From Orbicella franksi (lineage: Eukaryota), in the NCBI GenBank assembly GCA_964199315.1, contig OZ116710.1:10726001-10790000 (forward strand): a stretch of 64,000 nt of DNA, in the 5' to 3' direction. A program made the translations under genes and the position numbers. The number at the start of each line of letters is the position of its first letter. Position 1 is the first letter of the stretch. The notes below the pieces were generated by a model. That model worked only from the letters and a program-made list of their open reading frames with translations, was not told where the DNA came from and did not search any database. Of the stretch, positions 9,992 to 23,300 are shown in pieces.

Positions 9992-12000
9992 AGCCACGAA
10001 CATTTCACAAGAATATAATATTGTGTGTTGAAAATTTGTAAATACAATACAATTATATGTTTTTAACTAAATCGTATAAGATTCTTTCTTTCTCTAATTG
10101 GCAAAACTAGCCGGAAAACAACAAAAAACAGCACTAGCTGTATGTTCGATACTAATAACATTTCTGTAAGAAGTTATGTGCGTCACATCGGGCTTTAATG
10201 CCCGCAAGCTGGCTCCAAAATTACTTTAATACCATCCAGACACCAAATACATTCGAAAACAGAGTTGTCATACGCTATAATCTAGCGGCATGAAAGTAAA
10301 TTGGGCCGCAAAAACAATATTCTCATAAAAAAATCAGTGTAGCAGTAAAAGCTTCATTGATGTCTTTCTGGGACAAACCCGGTGTTGGTCAGGTTTTATA
10401 ACTCAAAACATGACTGACTCTAGTGCTTACAAATCAACTTTTGCCAATCGATTTTACGAAGATTAAAACTCTTACCCGCTTCGGCAGCTCTTGATTTCTT
10501 TTGCAGTTAACGGTAAAGAGTTACGTAAGAAAAATCTTTGAGGATGTTGTTAAATATAGCTTCATTTTGGCTGTCGTATTGGCTTTTGTCGCTGAAGAGT
10601 TAGATTTGTGGTAAAACTGAATTCAGCCTTCGAGGAATCTTTGTAATGTACTCCAGAGTGTTTGGACCATTAGAGGAATCTCAAGGTCATAAGTTAAGAC
10701 GAACTTCATATTGCTTTTGCATGATAACTGAACGAAATATTCGGTTAAACCTCTGGGAATAATTCCAGAACGTATTTTTCATTTGCTGTTCCAGTTTATT
10801 GAAAAGCATTTCATTTATATACTCAATAGTATTTACAGCAAAATAGTGGGACAATTCCTTATTTCGCAACAACCCATGTTTTCAAACTGTCTGTTTTCAC
10901 TCCATATACGCGCAAAGAATGAGAAGAAGCCTAGAAAAATTAAACCTTGCACATGACCTGACTCTCGAAATAGCTCAAATCTCCATGTTGTGTCTTGTGT
11001 CGATGTTTGTCATGTTTGGTACATGTCATCTTAGCTACGCGACTCATGCTAACAAAATGCTGAGCGTTGTTTTTCATTCTTTACCGGTGTAAATCCTTGT
11101 AATCTCTGGCTTTGAAATAGCTTTTTGGGGCGTTGCTAAAGTGTCTAATAATTTTGACAGCGGTATACTGTGTGTCTAGACAGTAGAATACTCGTTAAAG
11201 AGCCGCTCTTATTGTAATCCGGCAAGTTATAAATGAAGTATTGTTGTAAATGTCTTTTGATCGGTTAGAGGTACAAGTAATTAGACCGTTACGCACTCCA
11301 GCCAAACGGCGCTAAACTGCTTAAAATAGCATCGCTCTGTCTATTTCTAATTCTAATTTTAGGTTGCTCTATTTAGATTCTTCAATTGTGTTTAATCCCT
11401 TGTGAAACAAACAACATTTTAAGACGCTTGAGTGAGTTCTGCTTGTAAGTTAAGCGCCGTGTGAATCTGGTCTGGTTAAGAGCTTTGTTGGATGGTCGAA
11501 AGAACTGCCACCTTAACTTTTTAACACCAAAACCTTCAGCTTTTTTTCTGTATGTCATTTCAATCGATTGGAACGAATAGTTATTTTCTCTTTCAAGGTT
11601 TGTACTCGAGCTACAAAGCCCCATTTTCCTTCAAGCAAAAAATGATTTGCTCTTCAGGGGGTAAATTGCACCTCGGTATAAACGGGCACTATAAAATTTG
11701 CACCATTTTTACCAAATATTCAGGGAAGCCAACCTAATGTTAGCCGACACGAATGGGTACGAATAGAAATGGATTGATCTGCAGAATATTTTTAATCAGC
11801 CTCGCTGTGAAAAAATTAAGACGCAGTAAAGAAGTATCTTTGAAAAAATTTCACTACTGAAATACATCTATCGATCGAGTGTGAGAACGCCACACGATTA
11901 ACAGGCCTTTAATTTCTCTATTAGTTGCATACACGTGTGAACAAGACTCGCATGGAAAAGTTATGTTTTTTTATTAGGCGTACCCCTCGTTTCTAAATTT

Positions 12001-12191
12001 ATCCACACTACGCCGGATAATTTTTTTGTTTTCCGTCCACATGAAACGTAAACCCGATGTTTTCTAATTCCTCCGGTTTGAAGAGCGGTTTCGTAAAGCT
12101 CCGTTTTCGTGACTGATTAGTGTGGACAGTAGGCCTAACTGTAGCAGTAAAGTTGCGTTTTCAAATTCCTCCGGCATAGTGTGGACGGACC
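12001..12191. mobile_element. PIF/Harbinger-type MITE (degraded copy)
   Basis: tccacactacgccgga...tccggcatagtgtggacgg, the same family as 54592, 56128 and 61921. Confidence 0.65.
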
Positions 12192-15100
12192 CCAAGTTTC
12201 AGTTTGAATGTTGGTACCGTAAAGCACTAAAGTTATCAAAACAAATGATAAATGACAGTTTCATTGGTCCTTTCTCAAATCTGCGTAGCAAATGTTCTTT
12301 AAGGCACGAAATGACATGGTTGTGATCACCTCTCTGTCCTCGACGTTGCCAAATTCCGGCGGGTTGCAAAACGTTTCCTTCCTTCAGTTTACTGATCGAT
12401 GTAAGAATCTCGTCGGACTTCATCTGTTTCACTGATGTGGTGTACCACTAACGGATGTAGAATAACTGGTGAAAACATTGATTGAAAACTGAATTTAGAA
12501 CTTGTTCGCATTGTTTTCAAAGACAACACCATTCAGGTTGTTTCCGTTGAAGCCGACAAAGTCGACAAATGTTTTCATTTCAATAAATTGCATTTTTCAG
12601 GAGATCAGTTGTGGCAGAAAATCTTTGTGTTCCTTATCAGTTTTATAAACACCAAATGTTAAAATTCGCTGTATTGAGTTTCTCGATGACGGGGATTAAA
12701 TTTATGGACGGAATATTACTAAAAGTAAGACGGCTATTTTAAAGTATCCCATTCAAGTGCCTGACTGTTTGGTTTCGTTTTGCGGTAGAGTCTTCTTGTG
12801 CTTTAAAATATCGCACTAAAATGTGTTGTCGAAAGCATCGGTGAAAAGTAAAAGCCATTTCTTCTCCCGAAAACCAATTACTTCTCTGGAAAATTCGCTT
12901 AATTCCGTCTAACTTGAGATATTAAAGTCACTTCATTTCATTTGTCTCAGAGCCGAAATATTAAAAGATGAAAGACGAAGTACTTTATATAGGAACTCAG
13001 CCTGCGGACATTGAAACCTAAATTGAGGAAAATTTAACGTGCACTTGCTGTGCGGGAAAAACTAGGATTTAATTAACAAGGGTTGTTTTACAGTTCTGTT
13101 CGAAGGTTGAAGATAAAGCCATACCAGAAAAACCTGAATCCGATTTCCGAAGCTTGTAATCACTGAACAAAAGACATACCGGTCGGCAAAGCGGAGGCCA
13201 TCCAAGTTCTTTAGCAGCCTTAGTTAGTTTTATCGAGAAACTATAATAGGGTAAAGAAAAAAAGCTCTCAAATGCAATTATTGTGTTATCTCTGGCAGTT
13301 TTCCTACGGATAACAATGTTTTGATTCCGCCAAAAAAATAAGACAATAATGAGATTGTTCAAGGCTTTGTCGGCAGCGGAAGCTTATAACAAAACTGAAA
13401 CTAATTCGGCCAGGTAAGTTCGGGTTATTACACTGAACATGCAATAAAACAAGACTTAAACAGTTTTAAGCTTTTATCTCGTTAATTACACGGACTTTCG
13501 CCAACAAAGTGAGAACATAAAGTTCTCAAGTCTAAATATACAGCTCTATGAGGGAATTTTCAAAGCCGGTTGTTCGTTTGAACTTGACTCTTATGCTCTG
13601 TACAGGAAGACGGTAGGCAAGATGAAATCTTACTTCGTAACGGATTTTATTAAACACTTCCTTCTTTGTGGACTTAAGTATGTCAACATGAAGTGCTCTA
13701 GACGGCAATAACACGAGGAAATGTGGAAAAAATGGAGCCCAAGGGTGAAAAGCGATAGATAAAACCATAAACGCCTGGGGGTGCCCACGGCTAGGACAAG
13801 AATTCTATGCGGACGCCATTAGTTTGTTTGAGCTGTGAATGCGAAAATTCCTACTAGTTTATCAAACAAGAAGTAATTAAGCTCTTCTAGAGAAGATTCA
13901 AACGTTGTGTCTATTGCTTCCGCTCACAACAATAGAAGGTAACTTGTCAGTGCTCCGTAGTTTTCTGAAAGAAGAAACTCGCTTAAAACTCCAACTTTTT
14001 CCTAGTCATGTTCTCAAGATCGATTAAAAGGTTTTATAGTTGATGGGGTTTAATTCTTACGCTGAGAATTCTACCGACTACTTCTATGGAATGGCCAAAC
14101 AGTCGAAGAGCAGGTTCCCCGAGGGAATGGAACCATTCTTTACAATGTCTTTCGAACTCTGTTAGGACTGTTTTCAACTTGAAACATATGTTGTTTGGTA
14201 GCCGCGGGGTATACTTTTCATACTCTGTTCCCAGTTTTATAACTAGTCAAAACTTCTATTGTTTTGGCGCAAAAAATGTCATGAATATATTTCAGTTTAA
14301 TTTGAAAACGCAGGCATAAACTGTTATGCAAAAGACTACCGCGAAGCCTGGCTAGAGTTGATGCAAATGAGTCTTTATACATCAAAATTTAGAAAACCTT
14401 TCGACGTCCGCGAATCAGTTTTGAAATTGTTTTTGCTCGGTAGGGCATCAGTTTTAAACTTCTTTAAGTTTTCTTTGGAGGTGTAAATTTCATTTCAATG
14501 TGTTAACCAAGAGCAAACGAGCGACGCCCTTTCGGACAATCTTTGGGAAAAAGTTTGACCGGTCCGAATATAACGGTAAAGTTTATTTTGTCGACAAGTT
14601 TCCAACGAAGAGCAGAGCATATGTGCACAGTGGCCTGTGTGGTGAATTCGACCAAAAGAAAACAGAAATGCGGCCTTTATGATATGTCCACGGGCGGTTT
14701 GTGACGCTGGATAAATTATTTTCAACATGTCTGTAAATGATGTATCTTGACACGAAATCTTTTTGTATTTATTAAAAGATAATTTGTAAACAGCTGTCTA
14801 GCTGATAAGGAGATCTTTTTTTTGCAATAAGTTTCAGCCATTGAGTCACGAATGTTTTGGAGTTAACTTTTGCTCGCAAGGTTCGCCAGGAAATTTAACA
14901 ATATCTTCGCTCGAGATCTTGCATAGAGAATCACTCCTCTCTACAGACATCAAGACAACTTTTAATATATACAAGAGGGCAGCGGAAAGTGGAATATTGT
15001 TTAAGCTCGACATAGCTGTCTGATGAACGAACGCTCCTTAAGAGTTTAATATCTCGGCCACAATAGAATTTTCCAGATCGCTGATAACTACATTCTACAA

Positions 15101-15261
15101 ATACCATTTTTCCTCGTGGGAACAGCGACATATTAAGTTTGCTAACGTCGACATTTTCATTCTAATCCACTTTCCGTTATAGTTTTAATGAAATTGTCGA
15201 CGTATAATCCCATATGCGACACATCATAATCACATACAAAGTACACTCAGACAGTCTTGTT

Positions 15262-15282
15262 TTATTAAGGCAGGTTTTATTT
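15262..15282 (-). terminator. Two AATAAA polyadenylation signals, probable 3' end of the Irx mRNA
   Basis: TTTATT on the plus strand at 15277-15282 and 15262-15267 are the first canonical signals downstream of the Irx stop (~570-nt 3' UTR). Confidence 0.5.
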
Positions 15283-15845
15283 CAAAATTACATTTTCTTT
15301 TCACCTACAAATATTCTCTTTTATCTACAGAATTTCAAATTAAATCATCTATATTACACTTCGTATGGCAGGGACTGTGAGTTTAGCTTCCTATAGAATC
15401 TGTTTTTTTTTTTTTCGGAACACAACTAATTTACAACCCGTTGTTTTAAAAAATCTGCAAATAGAAAGTGGCTCTCGTAACACTTTGTGTTAAGCTCAAG
15501 TCAAACAAATCGAAATTTCGAGTCCTATTTTTGCATTGGCTAGTGCTTTTAGCAAACCAATGTTGTCGCAAACATACCAACGACTCGAAACATCATATAA
15601 AATCACAAGAAGTATTGAAAGGGAGGTATTTGATACCAGCCCAAATCGCGTTGCGTTCATAGTCACACGCATCAACCACACCAAACGAAAAACGACACAA
15701 GATCTTGTGTTAAACACAGAATTGTTTCTTGAAAGCGCGCAATCCTCACTTGGTCAGTTAGAAAAAACATCGTCCACTCTTTTTTATGTACACATGCTGA
15801 GGATTTTTTTAAGTACTTCTATATAGGAAAGATTTCTTTCTCCCT

Positions 15846-18800
15846 CTACCGAGCTGAAAGAGTCGTCAAGGCTAGGGCCGCGTCAATTTCTCGATAGTTT
15901 GTTGTCTCGACATTTATGCTGTTGACAAGAAACAGAAAATAAAAACATCACTTTCTGGGTATCATCTGTGCAAAGTACAGTGACGCCAATGGGAAAATTT
16001 GGTCAAACGACCAAAACAAAACACTTTTGTCGTGTTTTCTGCCGTTTATAGCTATAATACTTGGAACAGCTTGTTCTCAAACCATTTTCGTATTCAAACA
16101 TGACATTTTCGACACAAGTTTTTAAATGACAGAATATCTTTTACTTAACAAGTACTCGTTAGCGAGAATACAATTTCTTCACAACCAGTCGACTAAAGTC
16201 TCGTTAATGGCAATGAACGATGGCAAATGAAACACAGTCGTCTTTCAAGGCATCGTTGTCACTGTATTTATCTCTCCTTATTAATGCAGACAGCTTCGCT
16301 AATGTTTGAACTGTATCCTATACGAAATAAATCGGAGAATAACGACTGCCCTGTAGTTTTATTGTTTACCTTGTGTTGACGGGATTGAAAGCTCCTGGCG
16401 TTTCAACTCTAGGCCTTTCCCTCGATACTTCGTCTGTCGGCGAGGAGGGTGTCCTTTGGGGTGAGCATTCTGTTTCTTTCTTCTCTGTTTTAACTAGAGA
16501 AGGCGTTGAATTTTGAACTGCACAAAAAAGTGAGAAAGACAAAGTTAAAAAGGAAGCAGGAGAGCGATTTAAAAACTCTAAAGCAACAGCTTTTGTTCCA
16601 AGAGACAAGCAATACAAGGGGAAACATGTTTTCATCAAGGTTTAAAAAAGAAATCATACGACTTCATAGATTAAACATGTTAAGTAACACTTTGAATTTG
16701 TGGTGAAATATAAAATTGTCCCCCGGCGATCGGGGGTTTCTTTTCGTATTTCTCGTTATTAAAAGGTGTGCGCCGTAGACTAATTACTCTCACCACGTCT
16801 GGAAAAATTAACACTCGAAACAAGTTTTATTAAAAAGAGTAGGGCTTCATGGACATATCTGCCGCGTTCGTCAAAAAAAAAAAAAAAGAAAAAAACCGCA
16901 GGAGATGGGTGAAAAAGATGTTTCAACCCGTAGAGCGGAATTAGGAGCGGGCAACTTAAAATTTTAACGCAACTTGTTTGCGGGGAATTTAAACCATGTT
17001 AGTATGTTATTCAATTAGCGACTCATGTATAATTGAGTTGACAAAACGCTGCTACCAGCATTTTCAAGCTCGCTCCAAGTACTTCAGCTTCAGACGAAAG
17101 ACCGTGTCAATTCACGCCAATTTGGTGAATAACAGAAATTTGAAAAACGCGTATTTCGATTGGCGATTTAAACCGAGAACTGAAGGGTAGGGTGGTGTCA
17201 TAAGACGCGTAATAAGAACATCGTCCAGTAAAGGGGAAAGTTAAATTGATCAAAAAATTGGTAAAGACTAAAGATCGTCCTAAATGAATGACATGAGAGG
17301 TTTTCCCTTCTCTTCTGAAGTATCTTCTGCTCTCAAAAAAACAAAAATTGGAATATTGTTCCTTCAAAGTAGACCCCATTTTCAGACCATAATTTCTTCT
17401 CTAACGTTTCAAGCCAATAGAAAAACAATCTGGCAGTTTTAAGGGCGATATTTTTACGTTACATTTAACATAGTCTTAATCGGCGTTTGAGCTGAATCTT
17501 ACGAGTACTTTTAATGAACCAAGATGATAGAAAAGAACTCTGTTGTAACTTGTCAGCTTACTAACAACTCGTGCTTCGTTAAAGTTATGAGAACGCAGTG
17601 ACCTTACATTCTAAATTTAATACAAAGGTGGAAATTTGCCACACCACCGAGGGCAACCAGGGTAGCATTTTCAAGATACCAAAGTTCACTCTAATGATTG
17701 ATATCTGTAACGAAATCCCTGACTTCCCAATACCACGCAAAAAAATTACTGTACACCTTTAGATCGAAGCAAACGATATTATTAGAGTTTGCAAGTCTAC
17801 TAACTTGCGTATCCTAGAGCATCCACCATTGATGAGAAAAATTAGCTTACTATTTCGCAATTCTTGGGCACTTCAGACGGCTGTGAGAAACTGAGTAGTC
17901 ATTTTAAAAAAGTCAAAAGAGCCCCGGCTTAGCCTGTTATTGCAGCACTGTCCTTGAACGCTAAAATGAATACTCTCGGAGCTACCTGAATAATGACATG
18001 AGAACCTCTCAGCACCTTTTTTCCTGGGTCCATCCTTACCTGATATAATGACGGAGGCTTCAGTAGAGGCCTTCTGTGGGGGTGTCGATGGCGGGGTCTC
18101 GCATGAAGCAGGGCTGGTATTTACGACATTTACAGGGGTGTTGTGAAAGCACCCATCCACCCATTTTCTTAAGCTCTTCACGGGAGAATCTTCCACGTTT
18201 GAGTCACCAGTAGTTACGCACTGAACAGCACGCAGCGCTTGGAATCGAATCACAGGATTTGTCGTTCTATTTTGTAAATTCTCGCCGGTTGAATTGTGGA
18301 CAGTCTTGGGCTGTTCCGAGTTGTCGGTCGCGTTCAATTGGATGTTTTCTTTCCTTTCCTCTTTGTCTCTCGTTTCTGTTAAACAAATAAAAGATACGTA
18401 GGAGTTTTTCCGGCCCATTCGTACGTTGGAATCATTCCATTCGAACACACACTTCGTTTCACTGGGCACCTGATTTTCAGGGTGCAAATCATTACTCGAA
18501 CGTGGAAATAATCTTAACTTGTTTTCGTTGTTTCAGGACAATAAGTAACGCTAAACTGTACAAGATAACACCCAAGAAAAACAACAGTTTTGATAAAAAC
18601 ATTTAACCACAGCACGACTGTATCCCTTAGTACTTAAAATGTTTATTACATTTCCGATTCGTCATTTTCCTGAACGTTTAACTCTGTGCCGAGTTATTTT
18701 CTCTCGTTGCGATGCATGTCTGTCGAACACCAGACAATACCAGCCCGCGCTTAAAAATAGATGACTTCAATGAAGGAACTTTACATAATCCCTGTCAGTT

Positions 18801-20364
18801 TTCAACTGATGTATTTAGAAATCGAGAAATCACTAAAACACTATGTTTACTAAGCAATACCTTTAATACTAGTTATATTTTCGCCCTTGTCATCACAAAT
18901 CTTGTCTTCTTCACTACAGCTATGCTCGCCGTCTGAATCGCTGACAGGGTCGTCGTCCTCAGCACCATCTTTTTTCTCGCCACACCGATTCCTCGGCGAC
19001 CAAGTCATCTTATTTTCCTTCTTAAGTCTTCGCCTAGCGTTCGCGAACCACGTTGAAACTTGCGTCAATGTCATCTTCGTCATAATCGCCAGCATTATCT
19101 TTTCCCCCTTCGTGGGGTAAGGATTTTTTCTGTGTTCATAAAGCCAAGCTTTGAGTGTGCTTGTTGTCTCTCTCGTCGCGTTTTTCCGTCTCGCTCCTGC
19201 TGCAGCCAAATCGATCGGTGAAAACCTACAAAAATAAAAATCAATTCTGGACTTTAGTCGGTCGTGAAGTGGAATTTAACCTTTGGAAGTGTTGTCATGA
19301 GTGTGAGTTTGTCGGGTGCGCTCGATCATTGTTGTTTGCTTTACAAACTTGATTATTCTCAACCCTATCAGTATTGAAATGATTGGTAAAAGGAACTTTC
19401 CATATTAAAGCCCTTCCGCAAGTAACAACCCACAAAATTGCAAACGGCTTTAGCCGTGCTGAACTACTTCGCTGGCTGAGGGCGAATTTTCGCGAAGCCA
19501 TTCAAATGTGACCAAATGCACTGAATGGGATTAAGAAGCAGCAGAAGCATGAAGCACTCTAATGGCTTACTTAAGTGGTCTAGTAACTAACGGCAAAGAC
19601 GGTTAATTTATTTACCTTTCGCCGAGGCCCGGACAAGATGTGTGGGTATGGGGATCGAAGCCGTGCACATCTAACGGATGTCGAGCGGCGCTGGCTTGAG
19701 CTAGATACCATGAATCTCGCCATTCTTTGATGTCACACGCTCGAGCCTGTTCGAAGAGAGTCCGCCCAAGCATGAGTTAAGACGAGAGCAGAGCAGGCGA
19801 TTATTAGGTTCAATTAACTTAATGGAGGGGGGGAAAAACTTTAAGTTGTAGTTACATTGGCGAAACAAGTAGCGAGTGAGCGAATGTGTGAAGGAGAAAA
19901 GAAGGATAGACATATAAAGACTATTGTACACGAGGTTGTAAAAAAAATATCAGAGTCAGTTAAGTCTGGCTTACCAGAGGCGAATAGAAAGCCGACAGGT
20001 CTGTAGCGGAGCCTATTGTAAAGCCAGCTTCGTTGAAAGTCGGTCTTGGAAGCAAGTTCACGGGCATGGTTGAAACTCTGTGTTGAAGCACTCGATCTAA
20101 CTGGCAAGGACACAGAGAAGACAAGCCGTCGTGTAAAGGCGATCTTACTGAATCACAACACGGAGTATGAGCTCCAGGAATCATCAACTGAAATCAGCGA
20201 GACGGTATACAATCATGTCTGGTTTTCATGGAGATGAAGTTTTACATTGTTCATCGCATCGAATGCGGTCGAACAAGTTACTGACAACACGAAAAGCTTA
20301 CCTGTGGGGAGTAGGTGCAGCCAAATTGAGGACAGGAAATCTTTGTAGCGGTAGAATTTGCCAT
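15846..20364 (-). CDS. Irx: Iroquois-class TALE homeobox protein, 7 exons, 442 aa
   Basis: Exons 20364-20302, 20187-19975, 19746-19616, 19225-18861, 18375-18040, 16517-16370, 15918-15846. All introns GT-AG and phase-consistent (1329 nt). Homeodomain [61 protein letters not shown]-terminus ([27 protein letters not shown]) and [15 protein letters not shown] resemble vertebrate Irx4/6 motifs. Confidence 0.95.
18861..19225 (-). CDS. Irx: Irx homeobox exon (exon 4)
   Basis: Acceptor tttttgtag|G, donor AAAG|gtattg. Encodes the whole TALE homeodomain and an acidic patch ([19 protein letters not shown]). Confidence 0.98.
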
Positions 20365-23300
20365 CAGTGTTTGAGACGGAACATCAAGTGACTAGATCGA
20401 TCGGCAAACAGATTGAAATCGAAGCACTCGAGACGTAAATAAATTAACAAGGAGAGGGAAAATAGGTTTGCCGTGTTATTTCTTAGCCCGAGACAGGCCG
20501 AGTGAATAAAAGGCTACTAAAGTGTAGCGCTGTCGATCGAGTTTCTTAGCCAGCTAGTATTGTTGTACTGTACATACACATGAGGCAATCTTGAGCACCG
20601 ATCAGGTCCTGTGTGCACAAAACAATATCTTCAATCGTTTCATCTTGTAGTTTCCACAAGGGCTCCGTCAATTTTGACACTTTGTGACACAACGTTTGCT
20701 GGTCGAACCAATCGAATTAAAAAGCGAACAAGCTTTGTATTGAAAACGCGTGAAAATGATTGGCAGAACTTGGCTTGTTAACTAGGCTAACATTTATTAT
20801 TGTCTCTTGCCAACATGGAAATCGACACGGGTGACAGGGAAAACCCGCCCATGTGGGTGTTTTTGTGGCACGTAGCTCCGCCCTACTGGGTGCTCTCGAT
20901 TCTGTTGTGTCTCAAAACAGTGATTGCTGATCTCTCTTTCTAGCTAATGATTGCACTGGCGTAGGAAGTTAGATTGTTCTGGCTATTATCGGCATAATGA
21001 ATGCGATTGTAAGCTAGTCAATACCGCGACATGACATCTCAAAGGAGAGCGCTGTTTCGGTAGCCTTTGCCAACCTATGTGCTTATTGCTTCTCTACTGT
21101 GTTTATTTTGTTGGTTTACTTTTGGAACAGCGCAAATCGAGGCCAAAGAGTTTGAACATGTGCATCGATTGTGTAGCCTTCCCTGGTCGCGTTTGCTTTT
21201 CGTGTTGGTCGATCGCTTGTATCGGTTTATCTAAACTTTCCTCGAGATGTTAAATTTCGTACTTCTCTCGAAATTAACATCATAGCTCTCATCGCACAAT
21301 GTTTAACAGACGTGTAATTTCTGTGTTTCTTTTGTTCAACAGAAATGGGGCGGATTTTTTATCATGCAATTTGCGCAGAGGAAAACAATATTCGCAGAAG
21401 GATTCGTGCCATGCCTTGAGCTATAAATATCTCCCAACACAGCTGTGCCGAGCTATTATTTTATCGCTTCCACTTTTCTGGTAGCAAAGAAGACGTTGGC
21501 TGATAACCGAGTGCACGGGAAACCCCCACAGCTGTATGGCAACACAGCGCCAAGGGTCGACATGACGAATTCATTGAATTTTCTTCGTGCGGTTTCGAAA
21601 CTTGATTGATGTCGGTCGGAGAATACATGCATATACATGTATTTAGATGTAATTCAATCGATTATATGACAATTAACAAGTCCAGGTCATACAATTAACC
21701 AGCAATTGTTCGAGAAGCTTGTACTACATCCAATTTGTCGTTGCAATGATTATTTAAGGAAACCAAATTATTCTGATCAGCGAACGAACCGAGAAACGCG
21801 CCATCTGAAATCCACTGGGAGAGCGGAAATCAGCCGGCCTTCACTCCAAGACAAATAATAAACTTGAGTTATGACAGCGTCCTAAGCACTTGGATTTAAA
21901 CAATTAAGTCTATACCCGTCGTGTTCATGCCTCTTGTATTCGTGTTGTTTATATTTCTCCAAACAATACGCTACACGATAATGAGGTTTTGTGACACGAT
22001 TGAGCACGTGGACGCTATGTCATTTAAAAACAGCGTCTCTTGTGCGATCTAAAACGCTTCAAAACGCCATAATTCCGTGTCTAAGAATAAGTAGAATATT
22101 CCTGAAAGGCAGTGAACTCGCTGCTGACTCATTTCAAAAGGCTTTTGTGTGTTTATCTCGTAGGTGTGAAAATGTCTATAAGATGTCTACTTTTTATGTT
22201 AAATAGGTCCGTTTTCCCAACCATAATAACACAGTGTTTGCATTTCTAACACCATTCGCACGGAAATAATTTTTATTATGCTCTCCTTTAATCTGCCCAG
22301 AATCCTCAGTAGGCATGTCTTTATTAATAAAATTAGCATCCTTGCTGTTGATTTTCCCTGTTTTTATCATGGCAAACGATTTCAAACCGGAAAAGCACAA
22401 AACGGAACAAAAAACGCGTTCTGAATTCTGCCTTCTCCCGTTGTGAGAATTGCAGTTGTGACCCCCCACAGATGAAAATGTCAATTGATCCTTCTGAAGC
22501 ATCGAACATGTTTGTCGCTCAGCCCTCGCGTTAGTTAAAAACCACTCGAGTTCTGTACATGGTCTTTGAAGCTCTTTTGAATGTGCCTGAATGTTAATTA
22601 AACTCTCCTTTCAAATTGTACAGTGACGTCAGTGATTTGAGACGCACTCAAGCGCAACGGCACGCGAAACACACGCGACAAGAGAACCTGAACTTTCAAA
22701 GTTTCTTCTCCGAGTTTAATGGTGGAAAGAAAATTTTTTGTTTTGAAAATAATTACCTCTTTTGGAATAATATTTTATGATGGAAATTACAAGAATTAGC
22801 CCCTAACAATCTCATTTTTCTCCCACGGGGATCTAATCACCAGTTTCCTTGTCCGCTCTCTTGGAAATGTTTTCCTTTCCTCTTTTCTTCTTTCTCTGGG
22901 GTCCGTTTTGTATTATGACCAGAACCCCTGGTCTGTTTATGTTTTCTTCTTTGTGTAGTAGATTAAGCCTAGCATGACTCGCTCTGCAGCTAGAGCGGTG
23001 CTTTTTGAAGACTGAGTCTTATCTCAAAAATAAACATGACAAACGTTGATGTTTGTTGTCCTCGGAAGGAAAAGGTGAAGATTGGGGGGTTTTTTTTTCA
23101 TGGCGGGAAGGGTTTCTGTTTCACGCCATAACTTAGTAAAGAGCTTGGCACTTCCAGTCTGATTTTATTCATAGAAGTTCAAAATGGAACGTGCATACAT
23201 GTGCGACTAAGGAAAATTCCCTCTCTTCCCGGAAATCTTGGAGACAAGGTTATCGAGGAAAATCCGACATGTTGAACCTGCTTCATACGGCTTACACTAA

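Larger units (their letters stand above)
9252..10010. mobile_element. Non-autonomous retrozyme / Penelope-like insertion: ~2.5 tandem 216-nt units plus one inverted unit
   Basis: Unit starts tacaaaagcaaac at 9251, 9467 and 9683 (period 216). 9787-10010 is the reverse complement. Flanking direct repeat gaatataatattgt at 9238-9251 and 10011-10024. No ORF. Each unit holds a hammerhead core. Confidence 0.85.
9139..10340. mobile_element. MITE with TACACT termini, host of the ribozyme-array insertion
   Basis: 9139-9251 plus 10011-10290 align colinearly with the uninterrupted copy at 32063-32420. Ends are tacactc... and ...cagtgta. Confidence 0.7.

Noticed and set aside
10476-10490. cgcttcggcagc resembling the U6 snRNA 5' stem
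   Set aside because: The match is only ~12 nt, with no ACAGAGA box or rest of U6.
10380-15130. Possible decayed coding sequence (several 60-97-aa ORFs)
   Set aside because: Stop density is near random expectation, no domain is recognisable, and there is no consistent strand or splice chain.
15468-15826. ORFs of 64-96 aa
   Set aside because: They lie in the inferred Irx 3' UTR, mostly use non-ATG starts, and show no homology I recognise.
22624-22631. Perfect CRE site TGACGTCA upstream of Irx
   Set aside because: A single 8-mer is expected about once per window of this size.
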